A DNA stretch of 64,000 bases from Azolla caroliniana. Its lineage: Eukaryota; Plantae; Polypodiophyta. Below are positions 1 to 13,435 of the stretch, one piece after another. The translations under genes and the position numbers were made by a program. Below the pieces are notes generated by a model. That model saw only the letters and a program-made list of their open reading frames with translations, did no database searches and was not told the origin of the DNA. Every line of letters begins with the position of its first letter. Position 1 is the first letter of the stretch. The stretch is from the NCBI GenBank assembly GCA_043228905.1, contig JBHGNT010000020.1, positions 5,084,001 through 5,148,000 of the forward strand, given 5' to 3'.

Positions 1-1196
1 AGCCAAACAATGTAGCTTGGTCGGCTACTCGGATGAGCAGAAGGGTTATAAGTGTTATAACCCCTGCATGAAAGAGGTCTGAGTAAGCCGAGATGTCATT
101 TTCGACTAGTTGGCTTCGTGGTATGTGCCCTCACCTCCAACTCCCATCCACTCCATTCCAAATTTTGAGGATGAGGTTAGTGAGGCCAAGATGCCCCTTG
201 ATGAAGAGGAAATCGGAAATCTAGAAGAGAGTCTGATCTCATATCGCCTAAGTGGGCCGAATGAGCGATTGAATTGAATGGACCAGTCGGATGAAGAACC
301 AACGAGTAGTGGAGACTCGGCCGTGCAGTACCCGTGCAAGAAATCAAGGAGACGATTTACGTGCAAGGAGAAAGGGAAGATGAAGATGTCGGAATATGGC
401 ATTGATGCCGAAACATCGGATCGAAGTGAATCCTACATGGCTAGAAGCAAGGAGGAACCTCCGAAAATGGGGTCGAAGTCGGCCGAGAGGGCTACAAAAT
501 CGGCGAATTAGAAGTTGCACCGATCCACCCACCAAAAGAATATAGTAATTTGGTACGCATACAATGAGTATATGGCGCATCATTATGCATATATATCTGA
601 GAAGGTGGCAAATGTGCGTGAGCCGGAGAGCTACGTAGATGTGGCCAAGGACACAAATTGGCGTGCTGCTATGGAGGAAGAGATGCGGACACTAACGGAG
701 AACGAGACTTGGGACCTGGTTGACGCCCCTAAGGGTGTGAAGCCAATCGAATGCAAGTGGGTGTACAAGATCAAGTACAACGTCAATGGCTCGGTCAACC
801 GATATAAGGCCCGATTAGTGGCAAAGGGCTATGCGCATAAACACGACATCAATTACGATGAGACCTTAGCACCGGTTGAGGGCTCAACCATTCAAGACGA
901 ATCCACATCGATGGACAGATCAAATCAGCCATCCAAAATTGACTTCAGTCATTATATATTCAACCGCTTTCTTTGAGGCCCTTTCCAATTCGTTTTTGCA
1001 AACTCCTTTCTTTTCACCTAGTGAGAGGAAAGTGCCTTAAGAAGGCATTTCAAGAAGAAAGTAGGTTGGTCGCGAATATGACAACTGTTCGTTTATTATT
1101 GGCGGTAACAGCGGCAAAGCGGTGGCACCTACATCAAATGCATGAAAAGAACGCGTTCCTACAAGGTTATCTTGAGGAACACGTGTACATGGTACA
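1..1196 (+). mobile_element. Ty1/Copia pol fragment (integrase C-terminus, linker, RT N-terminus), truncated by the window start and interrupted at 1197
   Basis: Translations [30 protein letters not shown] and ANMTTVRLLLAV..WHLHQMHEKNAFLQGYLEEHVYM are Copia RT motifs; linker motif YNEYMAHHYA is shared with copies at ~19350 and ~34510. Confidence 0.93.
877..1067. other. ~190-bp insertion of unknown origin inside Copia RT
   Basis: Splits the RT motif ETLAPV|ANMTT; GGT occurs on both sides (874-876, 1068-1070). Confidence 0.7.
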
Positions 1197-1749
1197 TGTT
1201 GGGAATATGTCCCTCTAGTGGGAGGAGCCGACTGTTCGGGCCAAGAAGAGCCGACAGTCAAAGAGTCGACAATGGAGAGTCGGTTGAATAATTATCGATT
1301 ATTGTTACAATAATAATAATAATAGATATAGTAAAGATGTGTAGTAGGGCTACACTTGTAAATAGCCCATATGATGTATGAGTATAAATACATCTAGGGA
1401 AAAAACATAGTCGAGAGAGTTGAATAGAATATGTAGTTAGCCTTTGTTGGTGTTAGCTACAGAGAAGAGAGAGAGAGAGAGCGAGAGAGAGAAGAGTGTG
1501 AGAGTGGCGCCATAGTTGTGTTCGTAACAACAGACGCCAAGAGCCCTGTAAAGCTGATACACTCCTCCATCGAGAGAGTGTTGTAATCTTCTCCCTTGTA
1601 CATCCACTGTATGGTGAAGTCTTGTTCTCCCGTGGTTTTCTCCCGTTTTAGGGTTTCCACGTAAAACTGTGTACACTATTGATGTGTGTGTTCGGAGTTG
1701 TGTATTTCTGTGTATTCTTCTTGAAGAGTAAACGATTGTTTTCTGCACA
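1197..1749 (+). repeat. 5' LTR of the Tnt1/Tork-like Copia
   Basis: TG..CA termini followed by a PBS; shares GTGGTTTT..GGGTTT(T)CCAC motif and the start TGTTGGGA..GTCCCTC with LTRs at 5426, 34658 and 63352. Confidence 0.85.
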
Positions 1750-4700
1750 AACTAGTATTAGAGCTTGAGGAGCAAGCATGGAAGGAGGTGTGAGTGGCTT
1801 CCTAGGTATGATAGTTCTAAACTCTCAGAACTATGCAGACTGGAAGATAAAGATGGAGGACCTTCTCATAGTCAAAGATGTGTACGAGCCGATCGACAGA
1901 GCATAAATACCCACATGGGTATTAGAGTCAGAATGGAAAATTCTTAACATAAAGGTGGTGGCCACCATCCGACAGTGCGTCGATGTAAGTGTCCATCAGC
2001 ATGTAGTGAATGACACGAATGCCCACGAGATGTGGCAGAAGCTATCAGGTCTATATGAGAGGAAGAACCTCAATAAAACCTCATTGATGAGAAAGATCGT
2101 ACGGCTGAAATACAGAGACGGTGAGAGCATCGTGGAACACATCAAGGGGTACGTAAATCAACTTGCAACCAAGTTTCCCCTTGAGGATGTAGTGCAAGCA
2201 ATCCTGATGTTGTGTACTTTGCCGGACAATTGGGAGAACCTGGTGGTGACTCTCAACACCTCGTGTCAAGAAGAGAACTTGTCTCTACAAGCGGTAAAGA
2301 CAAGCATCTTGAACGAGGAGACTAGAAGGAAGGACAAGGGTGTCCAGGTTCAATCGGAGTCAAAGTTGACTCAACACATCGGCAGAGGAAGAAACCAGCA
2401 AAGGAGTCCACCAACGAGAGAAAAGTCTCAAGCCAGGTCGAAGTCTAGAGGTAAGCTGACATGCTTTTACTGTGGTAAACCTGGACATTTCCAGAAGGAC
2501 TTCTGACACATGAAGAAAGAGTAAGGTGTCAGTAATAATGTTAAACCCAGGAAGATTCTTGATGAGAAGAACACTTTGTCCATTTCTACGAGCAATGAAG
2601 AACTTCTCTTAATCTATGAACCGACAAGTGCAAATCTTGCAAGAGAAGAATGCACCTGGGTGATCAACTTTGGTGCATCTTTCCACATCACTATGTCGAG
2701 AGAGTATTTCTCGACTTTCATAGCCGGAGACCATGGTTATGTAAAGATGGGTGACAATGGAGAGTACAAGATAGCTGGAGTCGGAAGTGTCTGCTTGACG
2801 ACGACGAGAGGGTGTCGACTGACACTGAAGCATGTTCGACACGTCCCCGATATCAGATTGAATCTGATATCGACTAGAAAGATGGATGACAAAGGCTACA
2901 ATGGGAGCTTTTGGAATGACAAATGGAAGTTTTGCTGAGGAAACTCATAGTGGCCCGAGCATAGAAATAAGGCACATTGTATATGATGCATGCCAGATTG
3001 TGCAAGTCAGAAGTGAATGTGGTAACGAACTCAGTAGGAGAGATATGGCACAAGAGATTAGGCCATATGAGTGAGAAGGGGATGCATCTCTTAGCCAACC
3101 AGAAACTTCTACCAGAAGTAAAGGGAGTGCACTTGGAGAAGTGTGTTGGCTGCTTAGTTGGGAAAGCAGAATAGACCAACATTCCACTCAAGACCACCAA
3201 GAAGAAGAGAAGTGTCACTGGAACTAGTACACACGGATGTGTGCTATGTAGATGATCCGTCACATCGAGGTGGACAATACTTTGTGACCTTTATTGATGA
3301 CTACAGTCGGAAGTTGTGGGCTTTTGTACTAAAGTCAAAAGATCAAGTACTATTGTATTTCAAGGAGTTCTAGGCAAGATCTGAACGGGAGTCGGGTCAG
3401 AAGTTTGAGGAATACTGCAAGGCCTAAGGTATTTGAATCGAATACACAATGCCAAAGACCCCTAATTAAACGGGCTTGCAGAGAGGATGAATCGAACAAT
3501 CATGGAGAGAGTAAGGAGCATGCTCACTCATGTTAAATTGCCGAAATCCTATTGGTCTAGGGCGATGTATACAGTTGTTTATCTGATCATCAGGTATCCC
3601 TCAATGCCACTAAAGGGTAATGTTCCACAGAGGGCGTGGACAGGAAAGGATGTTTCCTACCGATACCTGAGGGTGTTCGGATGTTAGACATATATGCATG
3701 TAGTTAAGGATCAGAGGTCGAAGCTCGATAGTAAGTCAAAACCATGCATATTCATGGGATACTTGGAAGATGAGTTCGGCTACAGGCTGTGGTACTTAGT
3801 CGATAAGAAAGTGGTGAGGAGTCAGGATGTATTCTTCTTGGAAGACAAAACAATTGAGGACTGGAAGAAACAGAAGTCGGAATCGACTCCTTAGTCTCCC
3901 TCGACTACCACCTTAACACTAGCTGAACCGACACAGTCGGCTAATCAGAGACAGCTAGATGGAAGAGTTGAATCAGAGTCCGTTGACTCAGAGCAACCGA
4001 TCTATGAGTTGGAGTTGACGTACCTATTGAAGTTGATCGAAGAATACGAATCGGAGTCCGTCAACTCAGAGCAACCGACTATCGAAGTCGACGTACCTAT
4101 TGAAGTCGATCGAAGAATACGAATCAGAGTCAGTGGACATCTGACAAGCAATCGACATGAATGAACTTGAGATGAAAGAAGAGTTGGCAGAGATATCCAA
4201 GTTGGAGCCAACGATAAATGGAAGGAGATACCCTCTTAGAGAGAGAAGAGCACCGAAAACGTATGTTAGTCAATTCATCCCCTTGACTGATGAAGATGAA
4301 CCAAAGTGCTATGAAAGGTAAGAGAGTACTCAGGAATAAATAGGTCTACAAGGCAAAGACTAGAGAAGTCGACAGTGTGCCCAAGTATAAAGACCGCATT
4401 GTGGTGAAGGGTTTCCAACAGAAAAAGGACGTCGACTTTGATGAAATATTCGCACCGGTCGTGAAGATGACATCCATCCAAATTGTTCTAAGCATAGCCG
4501 CCAGCATGGACCTGGAGATCGAATAGTTGGATGTCAAGACAACATTCTTGAATGGGGAACTGGATGAAGAAATCTACATGCAGTAGCTCGAGGGCTTTGA
4601 GGAAAAAGGGAAAGAGAACCTGGTGTGTTGACTGAAAAAAAGCTTGTATGGTCTGAAACAAACTCCACGCTAGTTGTACAAGAAGTTCGAATCCTTCATG

Positions 4701-5425
4701 GTGGAACATAGTTTCTAGAAAACACAGGCGGATCATTGTGTGTTCGTGAAAAGGTATGAAGAAGGTAACTTCTTGATTCTCTTATTATATGTAGATGACA
4801 TGTTGATAGTCGGTCAAGATACAAGGAAGATCGGCAGCTTGAAGAAAGCATTAGGCAATTGATTTGCCATGAAAGATCTTGGACCGATAAAGCAGATCTT
4901 GGGGATGCACATAGTTCGAGATAGAGCTAAGAAAGTGTTGTGGCTCTGACAAGAGAAATATGTGACGAAGATCCTAGAAAGATTCAATATGTCGGAATCG
5001 AAGTCAATCGACTCGGTGTTGCTACCAAATTGCAAGTTAAACACAAAGCAAAGCCCAAGAGGGGAGAAAGAAAAGGCTCAGATGAGGAAAGTACCATATG
5101 CCTTAGCCATCGACAGTTTAATGTACGCTATGGTCTGCACAAGACCATACATAGCATTTGTTGTGGGAACAAGCTGATACATGAGTAATCCGGGAAGAGA
5201 ATACTGGGCAACGGTGAAGTGGATACTCAGTTACTTGAAAGGCACCTCGGGGTTATGCCTAAAGTATGGTGTCGGAAAACCCATGCTCGAAGGGTTTACC
5301 GATTCGGACATGTAGACTCGAGCCGATCCACGTTAGGGTACATGATGACCTATGTAGGGGGAGTAGTGTCGTGGCAGTGACAACTGCAGAAGTCTGTGGC
5401 CTTGACAACCACAGAGGCAGAGTAT
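1197..5425 (+). mobile_element. Ty1/Copia element (Tnt1/Tork-like), decayed: 5' LTR, PBS, gag, PR, INT, RT, start of RNase H; no 3' LTR found
   Basis: LTR TG(1197)..CA(1749); degenerate tRNA-iMet PBS TAGTATTAGAGC 1753-1764; gag with CFYCGKPGH knuckle; PR WVINFGASFH; INT LELVHTDVC..YFVTFIDDYSRK; RT LLYVDDMLI; ends at ALTTTEAEY. Many stops and frameshifts. Confidence 0.92.
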
Positions 5426-5751
5426 TGACAGGAACTACACGCTCCCTATGCGCAACGCTCAGCCACAACCAAGCTTAGAATCATACACAAAGAAAAACGG
5501 GAATGAATGCACGACACAGTGAAGAGAAGCGTACACAGGATGTTTACGTGGAAAACCCAAACTAGGGAAAAACCACGGCAGCCCACAGGCTGCAACTATC
5601 ACTATGTTACAATGTACAATAGTAAAGTACCGAGGCAACAACCTCGAGCTTTTAATCTTCGCCACAGGCGGCGGTTACAATAGAGGCAATGTCCTCTTCC
5701 TCTCTCTCACTCTATACACAGTTACGCACTCTAATCTTGCGCCAACAAGAA
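5426..5751 (-). repeat. Truncated LTR (U5/R part) inserted in Copia RNase H
   Basis: Reverse complement aligns with 63830-64000 (AACCGCCGCCTGTGGCGAAGAT..GAGGT.GTTGCCTC) and resembles the solo LTR at 34658-35288. Confidence 0.8.
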
Positions 5752-6030
5752 TGTCTTAGTCGTTGGCTTTATTGGACTGACCTAATGTGTGTCATTGGGT
5801 ACCCCACACATGATTGGTCAGGTAGATGTCATTACATGGCCTAGGTCCTATAAATAGGGCATACTCTCCTTAGCGGGGGGAGCCCCTGAGTGGTTCTGAA
5901 GAAGCTCTCTTTAATGTGAACTAGTCATCTACCAAGGTCCTGAAGTGGAGATCCTAGCTGGTATGGGACAAATTAGGATTCCTCGTCTGCGTTGACGACT
6001 CTGGCGCGGGGGTGGATGGGTGGTAACGCA
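5752..6030 (+). repeat. Possible short LTR-like segment
   Basis: TGTC..CA ends and a CTATAAATAG TATA box at ~5848; no TSD and no second copy. Confidence 0.3.
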
Positions 6031-7970
6031 TATTTTCAGTATGATTGTGTCATTTATGTCTTTATTTTAGGATTAAAGATCTTGGTTATTACACTCAAAT
6101 GGGCGACAAACTATAAATAGATCTTGAGCATGATAATGCACCATCATCCATGCTCAACTTGATATGATCTAGGCAAACCAATTTGGAAGGTCAAGAGATG
6201 AGTTCCTCTCATCTTTGTATTAGTAACACCAACGACCTCTCATCTAATTCATTCCATTTCTACTTCATTTATTATCCACTTCATTTTTCTCATATATACC
6301 ATAAGTATTGTTTCTTTTCTTCTTCTATTTAATTTGTGATGAGACAAGGACAGGTGTGTTACCTACCAGATTGAGTAACCCACTGAGTTGGAGTGGTTTG
6401 TAATGAGAATGTCCTTGTTACTCAAGTACTTAAATTTTGGTAGTACATAGTTTATAAAAAGATGTCCCTAGATATCCTACTCTCAAATTGAGGATTTTTT
6501 ATGGTTGGACCTCTCTTAGTTTGTCCATCTCATCATGAAATATGGAATACAGCCACATATCAAATGCCTATGAAATGCTAATGTTCTGTAACCTTGAGAG
6601 GGTCTTCTCTCGTTGATTGAAATATTAGATTTGGTCTCTCTTGTTTCTCACTCTCCTAAGTTATGCTACCACAATGGGGAGGGAAGAGTCACCCGTGTCT
6701 TCATCCCCCTTCAACATTGGGTGTCATATATTTGGTCTTATCAGCGATTATAGTCTTAACATATTATATCAAATTATCAATCATGTGGGTGCAATCTTAA
6801 TCTATCATACCATATTTGCACTCCCATGCACCAATCTCAATTCTAATGTTGACAGTAATACTCTTAACTACACTAAGATTGTAATTTGTAACAATTGGAA
6901 TAAGTTGGGAGTTTATTTCATATGGAATGCACAAAGATAACTCTTGTAAAGAGTCTCCCAACCTCTTCATGTATCTTTATACCATAGCAATGGACGTAAT
7001 GTTTTATGTACATGGCATTGTACATAAAAATTGATGAAGGCAAATACATATATATGTGTATATATATATATGTATATCAGGAGATATTATTTAACAAAAT
7101 ACAGAACCAAATTTGGACACATCAACTTAATAAACTTGAGTGAGGATGATTATGACAACAATATCACTTGATATGAGAAAGAGATAAAATCAGAACATTA
7201 ATCCCAAGTTCATCTGCTAGAAAAAAGATTTGGGAAATCTGAATAACCAGGTATTAGTGTCTGTATTCATGTTTTGTTGCTAGATACTTAAGATTGTTCC
7301 ATGAGATAATGTAAGGCATGAATATTATTTCATGGGGGTCAGAATTGAAAATTTTCAATAATCTGTAATTCACTTTTTTTTAACAATATAACCACCTAAG
7401 AGCAAAGATTTTCTCCTTGAAAACTTGAAACATACTCTAATGAGATGACATTGCCTGCACATCAACCACCAGTATTTGAGAAGTATGAATTACTTTGAAA
7501 ATCAATTTCCAATAACCAATCTCCGCATTTCATAATACATGTAAGTTGAAACGAGAGACCGAGAAATGTCAAAAGAGATATATGAAACCCTTATGCTTGG
7601 TTCACAACTTACATGGATGTTTTTCTTCTAGAGGCAGTGCTACTTATTGTACATACCATTTTTTGTGTGATTGTATGAGACGATGCTTGTTCATCTTGTT
7701 CATAGCAGTCCTACCAATGATTGTTCCATAGCAGTTCAACAGGGACCACCATGGCCATGAATACATAGCATGGGTGTTTGGTTTCATTTACATTAACTGG
7801 GATTTGGTTTTGTTCATCTTTTATGTACAAAATTGTTCTCACAGAAGGAAACGGTGACATTCCAAATTACCCATGTATTATTTGTACATTCCAAATCACA
7901 ACTTTGCTTTTCTGACTGTGTAGAACATACACCTAAAGGCTAACACATAGCCTTCTGCACTTCGATAACC

Positions 7971-8165
7971 CTATCGTGTCGCCAATAGCCAGAATGTGAA
8001 CAAAAATGAGATTGAAATTAGAAGCCAACTCAAAAATGCCATTCCAGCTGCTGTTACATACTTGCCACAATAATTTGCTTCACAACCTTGATGTACATCT
8101 CTTCCAATTAGTACAGCTATTCCAGCCGATGCACAAGCACCAGCAAGAGTTACAACTGCTGTGAT
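7971..8165 (-). CDS. CASPL5: CASP-like protein (CASPL5 group), exon 3 (last)
   Basis: AG acceptor at 8167-8166; ITAVVTLAGACASAGIAVLIG..C..NYCGKY..A.GMAFLSW..FWLLATR* fits the CASPL5 C-terminal transmembrane helices. Confidence 0.93.
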   Translation of the reverse strand: MTAVVTLAGACASAGIAVLIGRDVHQGCEANYCGKYVTAAGMAFLSWLLISISFLFTFWLLATR

Positions 8166-8444
8166 CTGTAACATACAAATACATGCATTGCCTTAGAAGA
8201 ATGCAATTACTTGAATAAGCACAGCACAGTAAACACAAATGCCAAAACATAAGACCAGTTATATTAACTGAGAGATTTTAAACCCAAGCATAGATATCGT
8301 AAATAATTCACAGAACAATTCAACTATACCATACCTAAGCATAATCGACACAAAGGCCAAGAAATAACAATAGTTGTACTCATTGAAAAATAAGAGATTT
8401 TAGACTGTCAAGCATTTTATACTAAAAGCATAATTATAACTTAC

Positions 8445-8577
8445 CCAGTCACCCACAGCAAACAAACTCAATAGAGGTGAATCTCTAAGATTTCTACCAC
8501 AACGTAGTGCATAAACTTCAATTGTTGCCACAGAAAGGCTCCACATGCATTGCAAAACCATAGCTGCAACCAAGAAA
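8445..8577 (-). CDS. CASPL5: CASP-like protein (CASPL5 group), exon 2
   Basis: CAG acceptor at 8580-8578 and GTAAG donor at 8444; 133 nt encoding FLVAAMVLQCMWSLSVATIEVYALRCGRNLRDSPLLSLFAVGDW; phase joins both neighbouring exons. Confidence 0.93.
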
Positions 8578-9580
8578 CTGCATAGGGCATGGATGTATTA
8601 GAATTTGACAAAATACATTGGCTAACTTGATTATCAGGAAAAACAGTTTACAAATATTCCCGAAAAAAGCAAAATCTCAAATGCCAACCAAAATGACTGA
8701 AAAATGTTAAATCTCGAAAATTTTGAGTGGGTTTTTACATAGCTTATCACAAATGATTAATTGACTACTTGGACAATAGAAAAATATCTATCAATTTACT
8801 GTTATCTGGTAGATCCTTAATATCACATCTAGGACGTTAGATTGACTCTAGAACAAAGCATTTGACCCCTCGTTGACACAATTACTGGCTCCCCTCCATT
8901 CTCTACTGCGTCTTTCTCCCTAAAACTGAATTTCGAGTTTTCATCAAAATAGAGGTTTCTTTATGGCAGGCTTTCTGATGTTACCACGTGTCACCTCTTC
9001 AAAAAAGTGTCTTAATGCAGCCAATCGAACTGCATAGAGGCACCTTGCACATATTATATCTACTAATCTTTCTGGGGTCAAACTATACTTTGGGCAGTTG
9101 TTGCAGAGTTCACTTTGATATGCCCAATTTTAGATTATAGGTATAGGGTACAGCCTGAAGAATCATACACTAGATGTTCAGACTACATTGGCGATGGAGA
9201 AGACTCCCCTAAGGTTGATCTTGCTAGGATCTCATCAACAGTGTGACAGACAAGGCTGTTTCCATATGGCATATGACTGGAAAGTATGGTGTGATAAAAC
9301 TATTGCACTCATATTAGTTTGGCCTTCTAACTGTCTACTGTGAAATAAAATTCAAAGCCCCTATTTTTTTAAATCAACGACTTTTCTTTCAGCATCTTTT
9401 TCTGCAGCTATTTTTTCTTGACATTCTTTTTCCTCGAGGCTCATTCGTACTTAAAGTTCAGAAACCTCATTCTCTTTCTCCTCTTCGAATCGTTTTCGAG
9501 CAGTCAACAAAGCGGATGTTGGATGGTGGCAACTGCAAACTTGCACTCTCTTTCATCTTTATTATCTCTCTTCTACATTC

Positions 9581-9795
9581 GTTTTTTTTATCGTAATTAG
9601 CTTACTCTAGTGGTAAGTTGTTACACTACAAGCACTACGTCTTGAGTTCGAAACCCAATTTTCCTCACCTCTCTATGACATACATCTTACCTATCTCTTA
9701 ATTCACTAGATGCCACTTAAACATGTAGGGGTTGAACCCATGACCTCCTGGTCTCCGTTGGGCAACCTTATCAACTAAGCTACATCCATTTGGGC
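9581..9795 (-). mobile_element. tRNA-derived SINE, copy 1, in the Copia 5' LTR
   Basis: A box TAGCTTAGTTGA (9782-9771), B box GGTTCAACCCC (9738-9728), A8 tail; ~15-bp TSD CTCTCTT(C/T)TACATTC (9566-9580, 9795-9809); absent from the 3' LTR; homologous to 60958-61278. Confidence 0.9.
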
Positions 9796-12118
9796 TCTCT
9801 TTTACATTCTCTCTTGCTAGATTCTTCTCTCTCTAGAATCTGCAACTCTTTAAATGCCTTCTCTCTCTTTCACTTTTCCAAGATATTCCCTCGTACTCCT
9901 CGATTTTTGTACCTATTCGGTAGTACAAGAGTCACTTAACTACCAAACAACCATTTTACCCACGTTCCCTAATTTTGTTTAAATAGGCTATACCAACATC
10001 TTTTGTAAGAACTTTATTTTTGCTGCTACTTGCAAACACGCTCTACTCTTTTGCTGTGTCTCTGCTCTTTGCAACTATTTTTGATACTGTTGTCTAACAG
10101 CCTTTTCACAGCTTGGCTGTGTGTCTATTTTTTCTAACTGTTCCACTACTGCTATTAACAGCTTCTCTCACATGGTATCAAAGCAGTGAGGTCTCCATAT
10201 CCTCAGCCTAATTTTTTGCCAAAGAACACACAAACCTATCTTCTTTTATTCCACCCTTAAGAGGAGTTTCTTCTTTTCTTTGCAGCCTCCATCCCAACCC
10301 TATAGAGGAGGTTCTCTTAGCAGCCACCCTCCCAACCTACAGAGGAGGTTCATTTTTATTTCCCTCATCTGAGCCTGGCCTAGCATCTAGGGAGGAGTAA
10401 AAAGACCCTGAGCATCTACTTATAGCTGCTCTGAATTGTCCCCTTGTAGTTCAAGAGGAGGATATCCATGGCCTCACATGCCACCATTGTTTCATCAACC
10501 ATTCCCAAACTCCCCAAAGAGTACATCTCAGATGGGAACAATTGGCCTCTTTATGGACGAGAAAAATTCTATTTCTAATTCTAATTACTTGGATTGGGAA
10601 CCACAGATAAAGACCTTGCTATAGTACCATCATCTATGGAATGTAGTCAATGGTAGTGAGAAGAAACCAACGGTAACTTCATCTTCTTCAACCACATCCG
10701 TTGCTGGCTCATCTAAACCTGAGATTGAAGCTTGGCTAGATAAGATTCTCGTGCTCATGCTTTCCTCGTGTTTAATATAAAACTGAGCATCGCTCGTCAA
10801 TTTCAAGATGCAAATGAAGAGCCAGCCAATGAACTATGGGAAGCCATCAAAAACTGGCATCATTGATCTAATCATGCTCAAATGATAGCTATTGAGAGCC
10901 AACTAGCAAATCTCAAGATTCATGACACTCAAAACCTCATCGATCAAATCACGCAATTTGTTACTCCCAAAGGAGCTAGTTTCCTTGGGAAACAAGTCAA
11001 CTGAAGTTGAGTTTGTGCATCGTCTAATGATCAAGTTGCCTGAATCATTCTCAGCCTGATTTCTCTTCTTCCCAGCACACCTGATATGAATACATTTCTT
11101 GGCATGCTACAAGACAGGGCAACAAGGAAGAAAAGTGCACTTCTAATGAGACGCTTCTCCATGAGAAAAGTAAAGGCAAGTGGAAGCAAAATGCCAGCTC
11201 CTACAACAAACGCAAATCAAGACCACCAAACAACCCAGCCTACAAGGAGCTCACTTGTCATTACTATGGCTACAAAGGTCAAATTCAGCCTGACTGTCAG
11301 AAAAAGAAAAGGGACAATGCCAACAAATCGTCTTCTACTAAAATCAACCTACACCAAAATCAAACTCAGCCCACTCAGCCAAAGAAACAGTTTTCCTTGG
11401 CATTGAGGAAAATTCTTCACATTTGGCTGGACCAACAACCTCAACCATTGATGGGTGGTTAGCAGACAGTGGTGCCACTGCACACATGACTTATGACAAA
11501 TCTATTTTGCAAGATGTGAAGCCTAGCTCCTCCCAAATCTCCATAGGAGATGCCTCAAGCATTGAGGCTTCGTGTGTGGGTAATGTGTTTCTTAACACTT
11601 CTTCAAATGATGAACCCGCCATGCTTCAAGATGTGTTGCATGTGCCTTGCATCTCTGCCAACTTACTTTCGGTCTACCAAATCAATAAGCAAGGTTATGG
11701 AGTCTATTTGATAGCTCCATTTTGGCAGTCAATGACACCAACAAATTGTAGCTAGTGGTACACAAGAAGGTGGTTTATACCGCCTGAAAAGTTCCCACAG
11801 CACCTTGGAAAAATCCAAATCTCATCTTCTTCAAGGCTCTCATGCCTTGGTGGCACAAGAAGATCCCACATTGTGGCATGCTAGGTTTGTTCATCTCATG
11901 TGTTGCTTGTCTTCATGGCAAGCAACATCAAGAGCCTTCCCCTCATGAAGACTCTGATCGTGCAACATCTATCTTGGAGTTAGTGCACATGGATCTTTGT
12001 GGTCCCATGAAAACCACGACTCTTGGTGGTGCACGCTACACTTATCATCGAGGATTTCTCTCGTAAGGTTTGGGTTTATTTGCTTGTAGAAAAATCTCAA
12101 GCCTTCACCAAATTTATT

Positions 12119-13435
12119 TCATTTGTTGATGATTCCTCTAGAAAAATTTGGCTCCAACTGCTGCTCTCTCAACCCTTTCAACCATCCCTCCACTGTTGCA
12201 CCAAAAGCGCCCATACTTGGGTGACTCCTGAGTGTTCCTCGGCCCTATTGACATCATTTCTGACCCTTTCAACTGGTATCAGAGCAGATTTAGGATTTCA
12301 GAACTGCTGCGCAGGTATTGTACAAAAAAGAAAAGGTGTGCAGACCTCTTCGTTGTGCAACTATGGCGTCATCTTCCTCAGATGTAAAGAATCTTTTTGA
12401 GATTCGATGATTTCACGGAATGGGTTTCGAGTTGTGGAACAAGAGAACGCAAGGAATTCTCTTGCTGAAGGATCATGACAGGGCATTGAAGGCAGAAAAA
12501 CCAAAGAACATGTCACAAGATGCATGGCTGATTTTGAACAAAGTTGTCACATATATTAAAATGCATGGCTGATTTTGAACAAAAATGCTGTCACATATAT
12601 TAAGATGGCTGTTTCTGATGAGATTTTGGTAGATCTCAAAGGCTTGGTATTTGCTTCCAAAATATGGGCAGTGTTGAGGCTACATATAAAAACACTACGC
12701 CTGTTAATCAAATAAATCTGATGTGAAAGCTTGTTGGCATGTAGCTGGATGAATCCAAGAGTGCAGCTAAACACTTGTCCTTGTTTACAGGTATCTTATC
12801 ACAACTGCAGGACTCAGGAATGGCTCCTTTTTATAACAAGCTCAATGCCATTTTCTTGCTTATGACATTACCTAACTCATGGGAGACATTGGTAGTCTCA
12901 TTGTCTCATAACCCCAACTTGACCTTTGATGGTGTTAGGGGCTCCATACTCAATGAAGAGATCAAGAGAAACGCAAGTGGAGATGGTGGCAGCTCAGCCA
13001 ACATGGTTAGAGGTAGGACAGATAAGAGAAGTAACTATGCACACAAGAACAAAAGTAAAAAGCAAGGAAAGGGGAAATAGCAACAAAGGTAAAAGCAATG
13101 ATGTAACATGCTATCAATGTGGCAGGAAAGGCCACAAGAAACCTAATTGCCGCTATTACAAAGCAAAATTTGAAAGAAAGAAGAATTCCGGAGATGAGAA
13201 AAAGGACAAGACTGATGCACAGGAAAGCCAAAAGGACAAAGAGAAGGCCAATTTGGCCTCTAATGTAGTCATAGAGGAGTTGTCATTTGTTGATGATTCC
13301 TCTAGAAAAACTTGGCTCCAACTGCTGCTCTCTCTATCTTTTCAGCCATCCCTCTACCGTTGCACCAAAAACGCCTATACTTGGGTGACTCTTGAGTGTT
13401 CTTCAACCCTATTGACATCATTTCTAACCCTTTCA
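12119..13435 (+). mobile_element. Nested Copia gag cassette bounded by ~150-bp direct repeats
   Basis: Repeats 12119-12271 and 13283-13435 end in CA; perfect PBS TGGTATCAGAGC 12274-12285; gag LLMTLPNSWETLVVSLS and knuckle CYQCGRKGHKKPNC. Confidence 0.8.
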
